A program made the position numbers and the translations under genes. DNA of 63,672 nucleotides, filler included, from Octopus bimaculoides (taxonomy: Eukaryota), in assembly GCF_001194135.2 (NCBI RefSeq). It is 5 parts of 5 records of this genome, joined end to end, with 100 filler letters (N's around TTAATTAATTAA, not from the genome) between each part and the next. Parts side by side here need not be neighbours in the genome. Positions count along the whole stretch, not along the records: positions 7,802 to 31,608 come from NC_068982.1; 4 more parts are not named here. One strand, written 5' to 3'. The notes below the pieces were generated by a model, which made no database searches, was not told the origin of the DNA, and saw nothing but the letters and a program-made list of their open reading frames with translations. This document shows, piece after piece, positions 10,430 through 22,530 of this stretch (the first letter of the stretch is position 1; the number at the start of each line of letters is the position of its first letter).

Positions 10430-12050
10430 ACTATACAAAGATGGTGACATATCATATTGTGGTGGACTTTACCAAAGACTTTTGTACGTTTACGTTTGAA
10501 TGACAGAGTAATCGTTTTAGTACTCATCCAAAATGCTACAGAAGTTGTGTGAAGTAGCTTCTTCGCGAGTAAGATCTGTGCTGAGTATCAGTTGACAAGC
10601 AATTGTTTTCTAAGAAGCAATTGTCTTCTAAGAAGATGATCATTTTTTCTCTGAATTCTTTTTATGACTTTACTCATATGAGAAGTCAGAAAGATAAACC
10701 TGTAGTTTTTAGCATCTGCACTGCTTCCCTTTTTTAATGAATGAGGCATAATATGCTTTCCAACAATTTTTTAGGAAATTTCTCATATGCCAGGAAGCTT
10801 TGAAGAAACACGTGAAGTGTCTTTAGCCTAAAGCCTGCTAGCATGTTTGTTCGAGAAATGCTGCAAATTCATTGAGACCTGTTTTTCAGTTTCAGTTCAT
10901 TTCATCTATGACTGGTATTACATCTCTCTCCTTTATGTCGATGAAATCGATGGTTATTGTTTCCTTGTGTAAAGCTGTGATGGCAAAAAACTAATCTAGC
11001 TCATATATTTGCATATGTCCTAGTGAAAACGAGGAACCGCTTTTGAAATGGCCACTTATCCTTATGGGGTCTGCAATCAGTGGGTTACCTCCTTGGAACA
11101 ATGGCCTTTTTTTTTTAAAGCACTGTTGCTCGCTCGCTTGGAAATTTACAGACCTTAGAATACGTTTCTATATTCCAAACAGCCTTGATTTTACTTTTTG
11201 ATTTCTTCTTTTCATGGCAGTATTTATTTTTGTTTTCTATTTCTAAAAGTATCTTTTTAGGCAAAATTGTCCATTTAAACAATTAGATACCTTTATTCTA
11301 TATCTCATAACAACTCTTTCTCTGGGAATTATATTTTTGTATCTTCTGGTCATTTTTTCTGAGAGAAATTTAATGCATGTAGCTGGCATTGTTGACATAA
11401 ATTGCTGAAGTTTTGTGTCTAGTCTCGTATAAAAAGACTGTCTACTAGTTACATTAGAAGTTTAATTTTCAATCGTTTTCCAGTTTTATGAAATTTCAGG
11501 CTGCATAAAGCGTGAGTGCATGTGCAGGTTGCACATATACGGTTTTCCTTGGACTATTTGCGGTAAGATGGGTTTCAGTAATTACCATGCATATTCCTTG
11601 ATTGCATGTCGCGAGATCTCCTAGGTGAAGAGCTTTGTGACATCCAGCAGCAATACTGGAGTGAAGCTTGTGTAGGTATTAAAGATGACTATCCTAAGTT
11701 TGTTATTTGTGATGTACTTACATGTTGGTTCATATGGTTTTAGCTCCGTCTCTGTTCCCCCGTACTGTCTCTGTTCTCTAGTACTGCTGCTCGGCTACCG
11801 CAGTACTCATTATGTTGGCATATTTTTATTTGGTGAAGGCAGATGGTATGCATTGTGTCTTCTTTTAGTAGGTGCTCAGGCCTCTAAATTTCGGGTATTT
11901 CTCGCTTTGCTTGTGAAGTCTGCAAGTCTTGTTTGGGTGTGGTTTTCTGCATTCCAGTTAGTTTCGCGGAGAACACTTACCCATTTTATCATAACACTGG
12001 AAGAGGTTGGGGATTAACAAAGAAGTAGTTAATCCCCTCTTTTTCGTGCC
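10430..12050 (-). mobile_element. Heavily decayed CR1/L2-group LINE (ORF1 Cys/His remnant, APE endonuclease start, RT)
   Basis: Frame-broken motifs on the minus strand: MVITETHL (APE) near 11590, IPRER...LLEIE near 11330-11250, KKGSSADAKNYRFIFLTSHMSKV near 10735, and KVFGKVHH (AFDKVDH-like) near 10470. Confidence 0.7.
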
Positions 12051-13016
12051 AGCAGGATCCTGTTAGATAGAGCTTACGTGCGATTTGGATTCTTTCAATT
12101 ATTCTTTTGGTGTCTTTGCTTTTAGTTCTGATGTAGGAGCTTTGACTTTTACTTCTAATTTGCGAACTGAATCTGTTAAAATGATAGATTGCACAACTTT
12201 AACCCATTACCTACCAGTGATCTCATATGAGATCACTTAAAAATTACAAATTTCGTAATTATCTGTTAATATTTACACATATCTAACCTTTTTGCTATAT
12301 CTACTAGGTATATTTCTCTGATATTCAAATGAGGTTTGCTAATTTTTCACCGAATATCTCGCTTATTTCTATTTAAAATATTATTTTGAAATGTTATTTT
12401 GATCATTCCAGCGTGTTTCTAAGGTTGTTTTATGCTAGAAATCAATGTTTCATAAAAAAAATTCCAGTTAATAGAATTATGGGAGGTAATGGGTTAACTT
12501 GCTCAATTCCATCATTGTTATTTGCTTTCTTCAGTGGTGGTATTGGAATCGTTTATGTAGTTGCCTCTTTGGTATGATCATGGCTTATATTGTAAACCTA
12601 ATCCTTCTAGACTTCTGGAGTTTCTGGAAATTCCATTACTACTTTAACCCTTCCTCTTTCATGTACGGTCTGTAACTTCACCATAGTATAAGAACGGGTA
12701 AATAAATTCTTTCTTTGTTTTATAGTTTGTAAAGTAATGACGTCTGTAATTAGACTGTTGGGGAAATTATTCATCCATAATCTATGCCATTAGAAAATGG
12801 TGAACGTCTTTACTTACCAATTTCGCTTCATCTCCTGAATTCTAGATTTTAAGAGCCTTGGATTTTTTGGCTTCCAACTATGTTTCTATCTTTGATAAAT
12901 TCTACTGAGAGACTCAACAGTACTATAACAAAAAACCCAAACGATTGCAAAAACAACTGAAATAACATCACAATAAAAAATGTCTTTACAGAAAAATTAG
13001 TAATTAACTACGGCAA

Positions 13017-13019
<3 letters not shown>

Positions 13020-13095
<76 letters not shown>
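13020..13095. repeat. (TG)n microsatellite
   Basis: Direct reading. Confidence 0.98.
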
Positions 13096-13096
<1 letters not shown>

Positions 13097-13534
13097 TGTA
13101 AGTCTGTGTCTGTGTATGTATCTTATACTTGTTTCAGTCATACGACTGCGACCATACTGTGTTAGGCATATGTGAGTGTGGGCTCCTGTTTTGAGGTATA
13201 ACATCTGAAAAAAATAGATATTGTCTTCTGTTTGTCCATAATAATATGTAAAAGAAAAGAAAAGAACGGAAAAAATTCCCCACGTGCTCCTTTCTCCAAC
13301 ATAAAAATCTAATGAAACAAACACAATAGATTTTACATCTATATATAAATGAGAGTGTATGTATGTATGCATGTGAAAATGTCACGGAAACTGTGTTCTT
13401 GAGAAAGACGGATTTGATTTTCGAAATCTGTATCCCAACGGCAAGGTATTCGATTATAATTAATTAAAAAGTTTAATTTGCTACGAGAAATAACTCAACT
13501 TTTAGATCGACAAATCTCTCTGTCTCCACCAGTG

Positions 13535-13590
<56 letters not shown>

Positions 13591-14470
13591 NNNNNNNNNN
13601 NNNNNNNNNNNNNNNNNNNNNNNNNNNNNNNNNNNNNNNNNNNNNNNNNNNNNNNNNNNNNNNNNNNNNNNNNNNNNNNNNNNNNNNNNNNNNNNNNNNN
13701 NNNNNNNNNNNNNNNNNNNNNNNNNNNNNNNNNNNNNNNNNNNNNNNNNNNNNNNNNNNNNNNNNNNNNNNNNNNNNNNNNNNNNNNNNNNNNNNNNNNN
13801 NNNNNNNNNNNNNNNNNNNNNNNNNNNNNNNNNNNNNNNNNNNNNNNNNNNNNNNNNNNNNNNNNNNNNNNNNNNNNNNNNNNNNNNNNNNNNNNNNNNN
13901 NNNNNNNNNNNNNNNNNNNNNNNNNNNNNNNNNNNNNNNNNNNNNNNNNNNNNNNNNNNNNNNNNNNNNNNNNNNNNNNNNNNNNNNNNNNNNNNNNNNN
14001 NNNNNNNNNNNNNNNNNNNNNNNNNNNNNNNNNNNNNNNNNNNNNNNNNNNNNNNNNNNNNNNNNNNNNNNNNNNNNNNNNNNNNNNNNNNNNNNNNNNN
14101 NNNNNNNNNNNNNNNNNNNNNNNNNNNNNNNNNNNNNNNNNNNNNNNNNNNNNNNNNNNNNNNNNNNNNNNNNNNNNNNNNNNNNNNNNNNNNNNNNNNN
14201 NNNNNNNNNNNNNNNNNNNNNNNNNNNNNNNNNNNNNNNNNNNNNNNNNNNNNNNNNNNNNNNNNNNNNNNNNNNNNNNNNNNNNNNNNNNNNNNNNNNN
14301 NNNNNNNNNNNNNNNNNNNNNNNNNNNNNNNNNNNNNNNNNNNNNNNNNNNNNNNNNNNNNNNNNNNNNNNNNNNNNNNNNNNNNNNNNNNNNNNNNNNN
14401 NNNNNNNNNNNNNNNNNNNNNNNNNNNNNNNNNNNNNNNNNNNNNNNNNNNNNNNNNNNNNNNNNNNNNN

Positions 14471-14722
14471 AGATTCCACATTCGAGTTATCTCTATTTCC
14501 AGGTCTTTGTATTTTGAAAGTTTTTCCATTTCTTTTAGAGAAACGTTGTCATCTGCTGGTATTGATACATCAATTAGAAAGCATTTTTTTTCTTCATGAT
14601 CTTTGACAACTATATCTGGTCTATTTGCCTTAATTTCTCTATCTGTGTGTATTGGCATATCCCAGAGTATGGTTGCTTTCTCGTTTTCTGTGACCTTTTC
14701 TGGCGTGTGTTTATACCATCTT
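14471..14722 (-). mobile_element. R4/Dong-clade non-LTR retrotransposon, restriction-like endonuclease fragment starting right after (TAA)n and running into a gap
   Basis: Open frame RWYKHTPEKVTENEKATILWDMPIHTDREIKANRPDIVVKDHEEKKCFLIDVSIPADDNVSLKEMEKLSKYKDLEIEITRMWN contains the PD...D...EK..KY RLE signature. Confidence 0.9.
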
Positions 14723-14727
14723 TTTTC

Positions 14728-14779
<52 letters not shown>

Positions 14780-14792
14780 CATCTTATCTTTT

Positions 14793-14970
14793 TACTTGTT
14801 TCAATCATTAGACTGCGGCCAGAGCATTGCCTTAAGGAATTTTTTGTCGAGTTAATTAATCGACCCCAGTGTTTATTTTGTCTTAAGCCTGGTACTTATT
14901 CTATCGGACTATCATGCTGAACCGGTTGGTTAGGGGGATGTAAACACACTAACACCGGTTGTCAAGTGTT
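14793..14970 (-). mobile_element. SINE family B, 3' tail
   Basis: Matches the other B tails. Confidence 0.75.
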
Positions 14971-15027
14971 ACGTGTGGGAAAAACACACATACAAAGACA
15001 TACACAGACACACAAACACAAACACAT

Positions 15028-15116
<89 letters not shown>

Positions 15117-15189
15117 TACACACACACATACACAGAGTGTGATGTGTAAATTGTCGCCATTTTATATTTTTGTTTTCGTGCATACACAT

Positions 15190-15478
15190 TGTTTTTGATT
15201 TTGTCGACTACACAGTATAGTACGGTCAGTTGGGCACCGTCTGTAAGTAAAACAGTACCATGACGCAATTCACTCAGCCAGAAATTTGGAAACGACATGC
15301 TGTGCTGCTTTGAATTGGCGCTGGAAGCTCCAATACGAAAAGATGGTGAACACACAGAACAACCGTTGGCTTGCCGTGTCCCCAAAACATGTACCGAGAG
15401 TGATGACAATCAAACATCCAGTCAACATCATGGGGTTTGGAGAGATCCCTATTGATGGCGACATATGTACCTACGAAC
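15190..15478 (+). mobile_element. DD37D/maT-type Tc1-mariner, internally deleted fragment
   Basis: MTQFTQPEIWKRHAVLL...VMTIKHPVNIMGFG; homologous to 45100-45290. Confidence 0.7.
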
Positions 15479-15497
15479 GTGTGTATAAAGAAGGTTA

Positions 15498-15555
<58 letters not shown>

Positions 15556-15557
<2 letters not shown>

Positions 15558-15789
15558 GCGGCGAGTTGGCAGAAACGTTTGCGCGTCGAGTGAAATGGTT
15601 AGCGGTATTTCGTCTGCCGTTACTTCTGAGTTCAAATTCCGTCGAGGTTGACTTTGCCTTTCATCCTTTCGGGGTCGATAAATTAAGTACCAGTTATGCA
15701 CTGGGGTCGATGTAATCGACTTAATCCCGTTGTCTATCCTTGTTTGTCCCCTCTACGTTTAGCGCCTTATGGGCAGTAAAGAAATAAGA
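15556..15789 (+). mobile_element. SINE family A, near full length
   Basis: GGCGGCGAGTTGGCAGAAACG head (A box), GAGTTCAAATTCC (B box), and two GGGGTCGAT motifs; inserted among (GATA)n. Confidence 0.9.
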
Positions 15790-16361
15790 TAGATAGATAC
15801 ATTTCTTTTATTAGCCACACAGGGCTCAACGAAGATGGNNNNNNNNNNNNNNNNNNNNNNNNNNNNNNNNNNNNNNNNNNNNNNNNNNNNNNNNNNNNNN
15901 NNNNNNNNNNNNNNNNNNNNNNNNNNNNNNNNNNNNNNNNNNNNNNNNNNNNNNNNNNNNNNNNNNNNNNNNNNNNNNNNNNNNNNNNNNNNNNNNNNNN
16001 NNNNNNNNNNNNNNNNNNNNNNNNNNNNNNNNNNNNNNNNNNNNNNNNNNNNNNNNNNNNNNNNNNNNNNNNNNNNNNNNNNNNNNNNNNNNNNNNNNNN
16101 NNNNNNNNNNNNNNNNNGAAAAGGAAAGGCCGATCAATAGGGATCGTGTATCACACAGTAATGTTCTCGTGTAAAAAGAGGGGAGGACAGTTTAGGTTTA
16201 GCCGTGGAAGGAAAAGCCTACGGAAAAGACCACGGTAACCTTGGTCAATATTCTCATTGAAGAAACTATAACAGTAAGTGACTCTCTTTTGCCTTTTTGT
16301 TTTATTTTTTTTTCTTGTTCATAGGGTTATGCTCAAGATGGCTCCGTCGTTCACACGTGCC

Positions 16362-16420
<59 letters not shown>

Positions 16421-16750
16421 CACTGATATATAAAGACAGGCACAAAACAACACACATATAGTATAGAGAACTCATATTTTTTTTAAGTATATCCACAGAA
16501 TAGGCATGTATGCACACACACATAATCTATGCGTTTCTATTTATATAATGTGTGCATTTGAAATACATGTACGAATGTGACTTCATATATGAATATATAT
16601 ACGTATATGAACACAGCGGTACATCGTTATACACGTATACATATACGTAAGTATATATACATATATACACACATACATACATATATATACACGCAAGCAT
16701 GCATATACACGCTTACATGTATGTATATATATATTATATATATGTGTACG

Positions 16751-16799
<49 letters not shown>

Positions 16800-17264
16800 A
16801 TATACGTCAGTAAATATTCATGCACACATACATGTGTGTGTATGTGTGTCTGTGTGTCTATGTGTGTGTATTTAATTTTGCCATCCAACTTCTTAATTCC
16901 TTTAATCTTTGCTACATCAGTAACTTTCCTAATTTCTAACTAATTAAACTTGTTTTTAACCTATAATATTCAAGTTTACTTTTTCCAGAACCTTTAATGT
17001 CACGCACGCCTGAACACACGCGCACACATCAATGCATGCAAAAATATATGTGTTTATACATTACATAGTTACTTGCATATAAACATACATACATACATAC
17101 ATACATACATTCATAGAGACGTAAATATATTCATCCGTACATGCATATACATACTTAAATACATAGATATACCTAAGCACATATATACCTATCCACACAT
17201 GGATGAATGTATACAAACACGTTTATATATTAAAAAAAAATGACATGAAAAAGAAAAAAATAAT

Positions 17265-17669
17265 AATTGTGATGACGACGACAACGACGACGCTGATCAC
17301 AAACGATGACGACAATTCACGTTGCTGATGTTGACATTGATGATGATGATGATGATGATGATGACGACGACGACGACGACGAGGACGATGACGATGATTG
17401 CAGCATGATGGTGATTATGATGATGATGTAGATGATCATGACAATGATCATGATAACAATCACGGCGATGATGATGATGACGACGATGATGATGATGGTG
17501 ATGATGATGACCATCATCATAATCATCATCGTCGTCATCATCATCATGTTGATATCGATCACGGCGATGATGACGATGATGATTCTTTTTATGATGATGA
17601 TGATGATTGTTTTTAAGGTGATGATGATGACGACGACGACGACGACAATGACGTTGATGGCGGTGGTAG

Positions 17670-17708
<39 letters not shown>

Positions 17709-17743
17709 CGATGACGATGATGATGATGATGACGATGATGATG

Positions 17744-17774
<31 letters not shown>

Positions 17775-17775
17775 C

Positions 17776-17809
<34 letters not shown>

Positions 17810-17970
17810 GTGATGATGGTGATGATGATGACGATGACGATGATCATGATCATGATGATGATCATGATGATGATGGTGATGGTGATGATGATGATGAATA
17901 TGATGATGAGGAGGAGGAGGAGGATGGTGATAATGATGGTGATGATGATGACGATGATGATGATGATGAA
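17265..17970. repeat. Long imperfect (GAT)n/(GAC)n array
   Basis: Direct reading; gives poly-M/poly-D/poly-I pseudo-ORFs. Confidence 0.97.
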
Positions 17971-18329
17971 AAGGAAAAGAGATTTAGCGAAATGACAAAA
18001 AAAAGATAATAAATGTACCCCTGTTAATATACAACATATAACTAATTTTACTGTCCTGTGCTAATATATACATGCAACTCTCTGAAGACAATCTTTTCCA
18101 CTTCCCCCTCTCTTTTTCCCTTCTTTCACTCCCTCACTCTCCCTCCTACCTTTCCTACTACGCTGGAATACGTTGTTTCGCTTTGCCTTTAATATAAAAT
18201 CGGTTACAGCGACCAAGATGTGTTTGTCGTACGGCTTGCCAGTGCATATTGACTTATCACTTATCAACTTTTCATCAAAGCCACATTGGCACCTCTCCCC
18301 CTAATCTCCGCTGACGTTTTTTCCCTTGC

Positions 18330-18564
18330 ATCGACCTCAATCTCAACACCTACTACCACCACCGCCGCCGCCGCCGCCGCCCTCGCCACCCTCGCCGCCG
18401 CCTTCAGCAACCACCATCGCCACTACCACCATTACTACTACTACTACCACCATTACTACTACTACTACTAATAATAATAATAATAATAATGCTACTACTA
18501 CTACTACTCCTCCTACTACTACTACTACTACTACTCCTACTCCTACTACTACTACTACTACTAC

Positions 18565-18602
<38 letters not shown>

Positions 18603-18607
18603 GTAAC

Positions 18608-18657
<50 letters not shown>

Positions 18658-18676
18658 TAATAATAATAATAGTAAC

Positions 18677-18740
<64 letters not shown>

Positions 18741-18758
18741 CTACTACTACTACTACCA

Positions 18759-18796
<38 letters not shown>

Positions 18797-18800
18797 AGCG
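18330..18800. repeat. Compound trinucleotide array (CCA/CCG/CTA/TAA/CTG)
   Basis: Direct reading. Confidence 0.97.
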
Positions 18801-19007
18801 GTGTCGCTTGCTTCCCCCCTTCCACTTCTTGCTCATCATTCGTCTTCCCACTTTCCCGAAATGTAGATCTCAGCAGCTCCCAGCCGCATCACACCTACAC
18901 TAATCAAGAACGAAATCGAAAGTCAACAACAATAACAACAGTAACAATAACAGCAGTAGCAGCAGCAACAACAACGACAATAACAATAATCCTTTCTACT
19001 AAAGGGA

Positions 19008-19291
19008 CAAGGCGTGAAATTTTGTGGGTGAGGGGAGTAGTAGATTACATCGACCCCCCAGTGCTTCACTGGTACTCAATTTATCGACCCCCGAAAGGAT
19101 GAAAGGCAAACTCGGCCTCGGCGAAATTTGAACTCAGACCGTAGAGTCTGACGAAATGTCGCTAAACATTTTGTCCGGCGCGGTAACGATTGTGCCAGTT
19201 CACGGCCTTAACAACGACAACAACAACAACAACAGCAACAACAACAGCAACAACAACAGCAACAATAGTAATAATAATAATAATAATAATA

Positions 19292-19329
<38 letters not shown>

Positions 19330-19490
19330 CTTTTCTGCTATAGGCACAAGGCCTGGAATTTGTGAGGAGGACACTAGCCGAGTATATCGACCCAGTACTT
19401 AACTGGTACTTAATTTATCGACACCGAAAGGATGAAAGGCAAAATCGACCTCGGCGGAATTTGAACTCAGAACGTAGCGACGAGCGAAAG
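19008..19490 (-). mobile_element. Two SINE family A copies (19008-19205, 19340-19490) separated by CAA/TAA/TTA repeats
   Basis: Both carry ATCGACCCC...GAAAGGATGAAAGGCAAA...GAATTTGAACTCAGA. Confidence 0.85.
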
Positions 19491-20796
19491 CAATAATAAT
19501 AATGAAGAGGAGGGGAATTTCTTTCATGTGCCCTAAGGACATCAAATGAGAAGAACATTGCAAGGGTAATTCAAAATTTATGTAGTGGTTCACATAAATA
19601 TAAAGGAAGAAGAAAGAAGAGGGGAAATGTGATAAAAAAAAAAAGGTACACATAGTATACAAAATATGCGAATACATGAAATATGCAGTCCTCAAACTGG
19701 AGAAGCAGCAAAGTAAAGCTAATCAAAGAATTCCACAAATCCAGGATCATCCTGCCCACCAAGGACATTAGCTCTCTCTAACTGTTGTTCTCCACTCTAC
19801 AACTGCATGCTTAGAATAGATCCACTCAGTCACTTTTGCCATAGTCATCCGCCTTTTGACAAATTCGCTGGGAGGGAGAGCACTCATCTCTTTGTTCCTA
19901 CTATCTTTTCCAAGTGAGACTCGAGAGAAAGGTTTTGACTGAAGAGGAAAGTATCAGTCTTCAATCCGTTCAGTCTCTTCCACCACACAACTGTCTTTCA
20001 CTATACCTGCAGGAGGGACACCGTGCTCCGACTTGTGAAAGGCGATTGGGAGTTGGGAGGACGATCCTCACGATGGAGTCGGCCGATAGCTGGATTCGTT
20101 CCTCATAACTTCCCAATTCAACAATATTCGGACAGTGTCTCAGTGCGTGCAGTACGGATCCGTTGGTTTATGTCCTTCTCGGACGTTCCTGCCTGGCGGT
20201 ATTTTCGTACTCGTGGAGTTTATCTTGAACTGCTAGTACCCCTCGGTAGCACTACCAGGCTAGGGGTTTCTTGAAGTTATACGTGATAGTTTCCGACACA
20301 GAAGTCCTCTAAGACAAACGAACTCATCCTCATCAACGCCTAGTGTTTCGCTCACCTACCACTAATTTTCTATATATTGCTAACGGAGAACTTCCATCGC
20401 GTGCGTTGTCCGACTAGTAGAGGGCAATCCAGGTGCTAGGCGCTCACAGTTGGTCTTTTCTTGACTCAGAACTGTAGTTCCGTCAAAAAGATGGGCTGCA
20501 GAAAAACGTGTATTACAAACGGAGACCACGCCTGCTCTTACTGTGCAAGAAAATCTGCAGGTGGCGCAGCCTCAGCGTGTATCTGCATGTCAGCAGCCAC
20601 GGCATGCCGAGCCCGTCTTCTAGATAACGTTTGTGATCTGTAACATAAGTACAAGGCAAGACATTTAAAGCGGAAAATTGACCTCAGAGAATAAAAATGT
20701 CCTTAACGAGATTTGAGTGCTGAGGTTAGGGTTAGGGTTAGGGTAACAACTATTGTCCATATTTCTATCGTTCAATCACTTTATCAAAGTAATACT

Positions 20797-21180
20797 AACA
20801 AGAGCACTCAGAGAGCGCAAACCTCCGCCAAGGTAACACCAACGTCCTTTCAACGATTAGACAGTGATTATTTTTAAAATGAGAATATCTGAAATAAACT
20901 CCACTGCTCTAACAAACGAGAATACTAAATATGAACCCAACCGCTCTCAAAAATTAAGTAAAAAAAAAAAAAAACAGGAAAAATAATCCAGAATCCTTGT
21001 CCGGTACCAGATCGATCCCAAAATCTAATCAGTTCGTGCCAGTCACGAGGGTAAACATCCTTGAAAATTTCAACCAAATCCATCCAGCGGTTCTTGAGGT
21101 ATCTTGTCCACGGACAAACAAACAAGCAAATAAACGCAACTGGAAACAATACCTCCACTTTCGCTAAGGCGGGGATAATA
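20797..21180 (+). mobile_element. Non-autonomous element with subterminal inverted repeat, (ACAA)n core and 3' hairpin (HINE/Pearl-like architecture)
   Basis: CCTCCGCCAAGG near 20822, degenerate partner GCTAAGGCGGGG near 21165, ACAAACAAACAA near 21114, and terminal hairpin CCTCC...GCGGGG. The class assignment is inference. Confidence 0.5.
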
Positions 21181-21189
21181 ATAATCCTT

Positions 21190-21387
21190 TTTACTATAGA
21201 TACAAGGCCTGAAATTTTGGGGGAGGGGATAAGTCGATTACATCGACCCTAGTGCTTCACTGGTATTTAATTTATCGACCCCGAATAGATAAAAGGTAGG
21301 TCGACTTCAGCGGAATTTGAACCAAAGCGTAAAGACGGACGAAATACCGCTAAGCATTTTGTCCGGTGTGCTCACGATTCTGCCTTA
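21190..21387 (-). mobile_element. SINE family A
   Basis: Matches the other family A copies. Confidence 0.85.
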
Positions 21388-21529
21388 ATAATAACAATAA
21401 TTATAATAATTACAACAACAATGATAGTAGCAATAATAAATTAATGAAACAAGCACATATGATCCAAGTTGAAACAGAGAATATTGAAAAGAATCCATGA
21501 AAAGATGACTTTAGTTACTTAATAAAGGC

Positions 21530-22060
21530 CTATTTTTTTAAAAATTTAAAAGTGCGAGTAGAGCAGTGTACACATGATACCCTAAGGTCTAATTTATTAT
21601 TGATTAGATTAGGATTATTTCTAAGTTTAAAAATTTCATATATTTCCATAGAACACAATTCACATCCATATCTATTATTTCTATAAGGTTGAGCTTTTCT
21701 TATAATTTCCCATTTAAGGCTAAAATTAATACCATTATCTTTTAACTCCCAAATTTTACTTGCCAATGTCGTACTATTTGCCTTATGTCTAAGTCTAAAC
21801 GAAGACCTATGGTTATATATTCTCTGTTTCAGGTTAATACTACATCCTATATAAATATAATTCTCGGTTATAGTGCTAATGATGCATTTGTACACTACGT
21901 TACGGGTGCAAACAAAATCCAAATAAAGGACGATGGGACTTTTTTCTACAGTTGCACATGATGGGGTTATCAACCCCACCTATATTATTTCTAATATCTC
22001 TATTATTATTATTACTACAATTATTTACACTAATATCATTTATCAATTCTTCAATTCTAT
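21530..22060 (-). mobile_element. Penelope-like retroelement GIY-YIG endonuclease (Naiad/Neptune-type), one frameshift near the N-terminus
   Basis: NVVYKC...YIG...KQRIYNHRSSF...STTLASKIWELK...WEII.KAQPY...CELC..E...N...CVH. The upstream frame gives MCNCRKKSHRPLFGFCL, which joins TRNVVYKC if one base is removed near 21909. Confidence 0.85.
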
Positions 22061-22309
22061 TATTAGGTATATATTAATTATTACCATCATTATTTAATTC
22101 ATTTCTTGATGTTCTATCAGTTGGACTTATTCATATTGCATTTAATGTAATGCTCGCATTACTTAAATAAATTGGAGTAGCATGAAACGTGCGTACTGCA
22201 ATCACCTTTGAAATCCGTGTTGCCTATTTTTTGATATTTTTTTATTTTGATCACCTATCCTTTTGGGATACGATATTCGGGTGCCTACGCATAAGTACCA
22301 TATTCAACC

Positions 22310-22375
<66 letters not shown>

Positions 22376-22377
<2 letters not shown>

Positions 22378-22530
22378 GACGGGCTTTTTAGTCGACCAAA
22401 TCCACTCATAGGGCTTCGATCAATCCGGGATTATAGAAGGCATTTGTCCAAGATATTATGCAGTTGGACTGAACCCGGAACCATATGGCTGGGAAGCGAA
22501 TTTCTTGCCACACAGTTACGCCTGTGCCTA
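22376..22530 (-). mobile_element. SINE family B, 5' half
   Basis: Reverse complement of 2507-2668. Confidence 0.8.

Noticed and set aside
15556-15650. tRNA-like A/B boxes here and at other SINE heads
   Set aside because: No complete cloverleaf; each continues into a multi-copy SINE body, so they are not tRNA genes.
17317-19102. Long poly-M, poly-I, poly-N and poly-L ORFs (182-258 aa)
   Set aside because: Translations of trinucleotide arrays with no unique coding sequence or splice evidence.
19700-20640. GC-richer block with weak L1/Tx1 ORF2-like words (SLGGRAL, AWRYFR, IRDSFRH)
   Set aside because: Motifs are too degraded to call by eye; probably an old LINE, and needs a translated repeat search.
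20723-20744. (TTAGGG)3 telomere-like repeat
   Set aside because: Only three units; too short to indicate an interstitial telomere or fusion.
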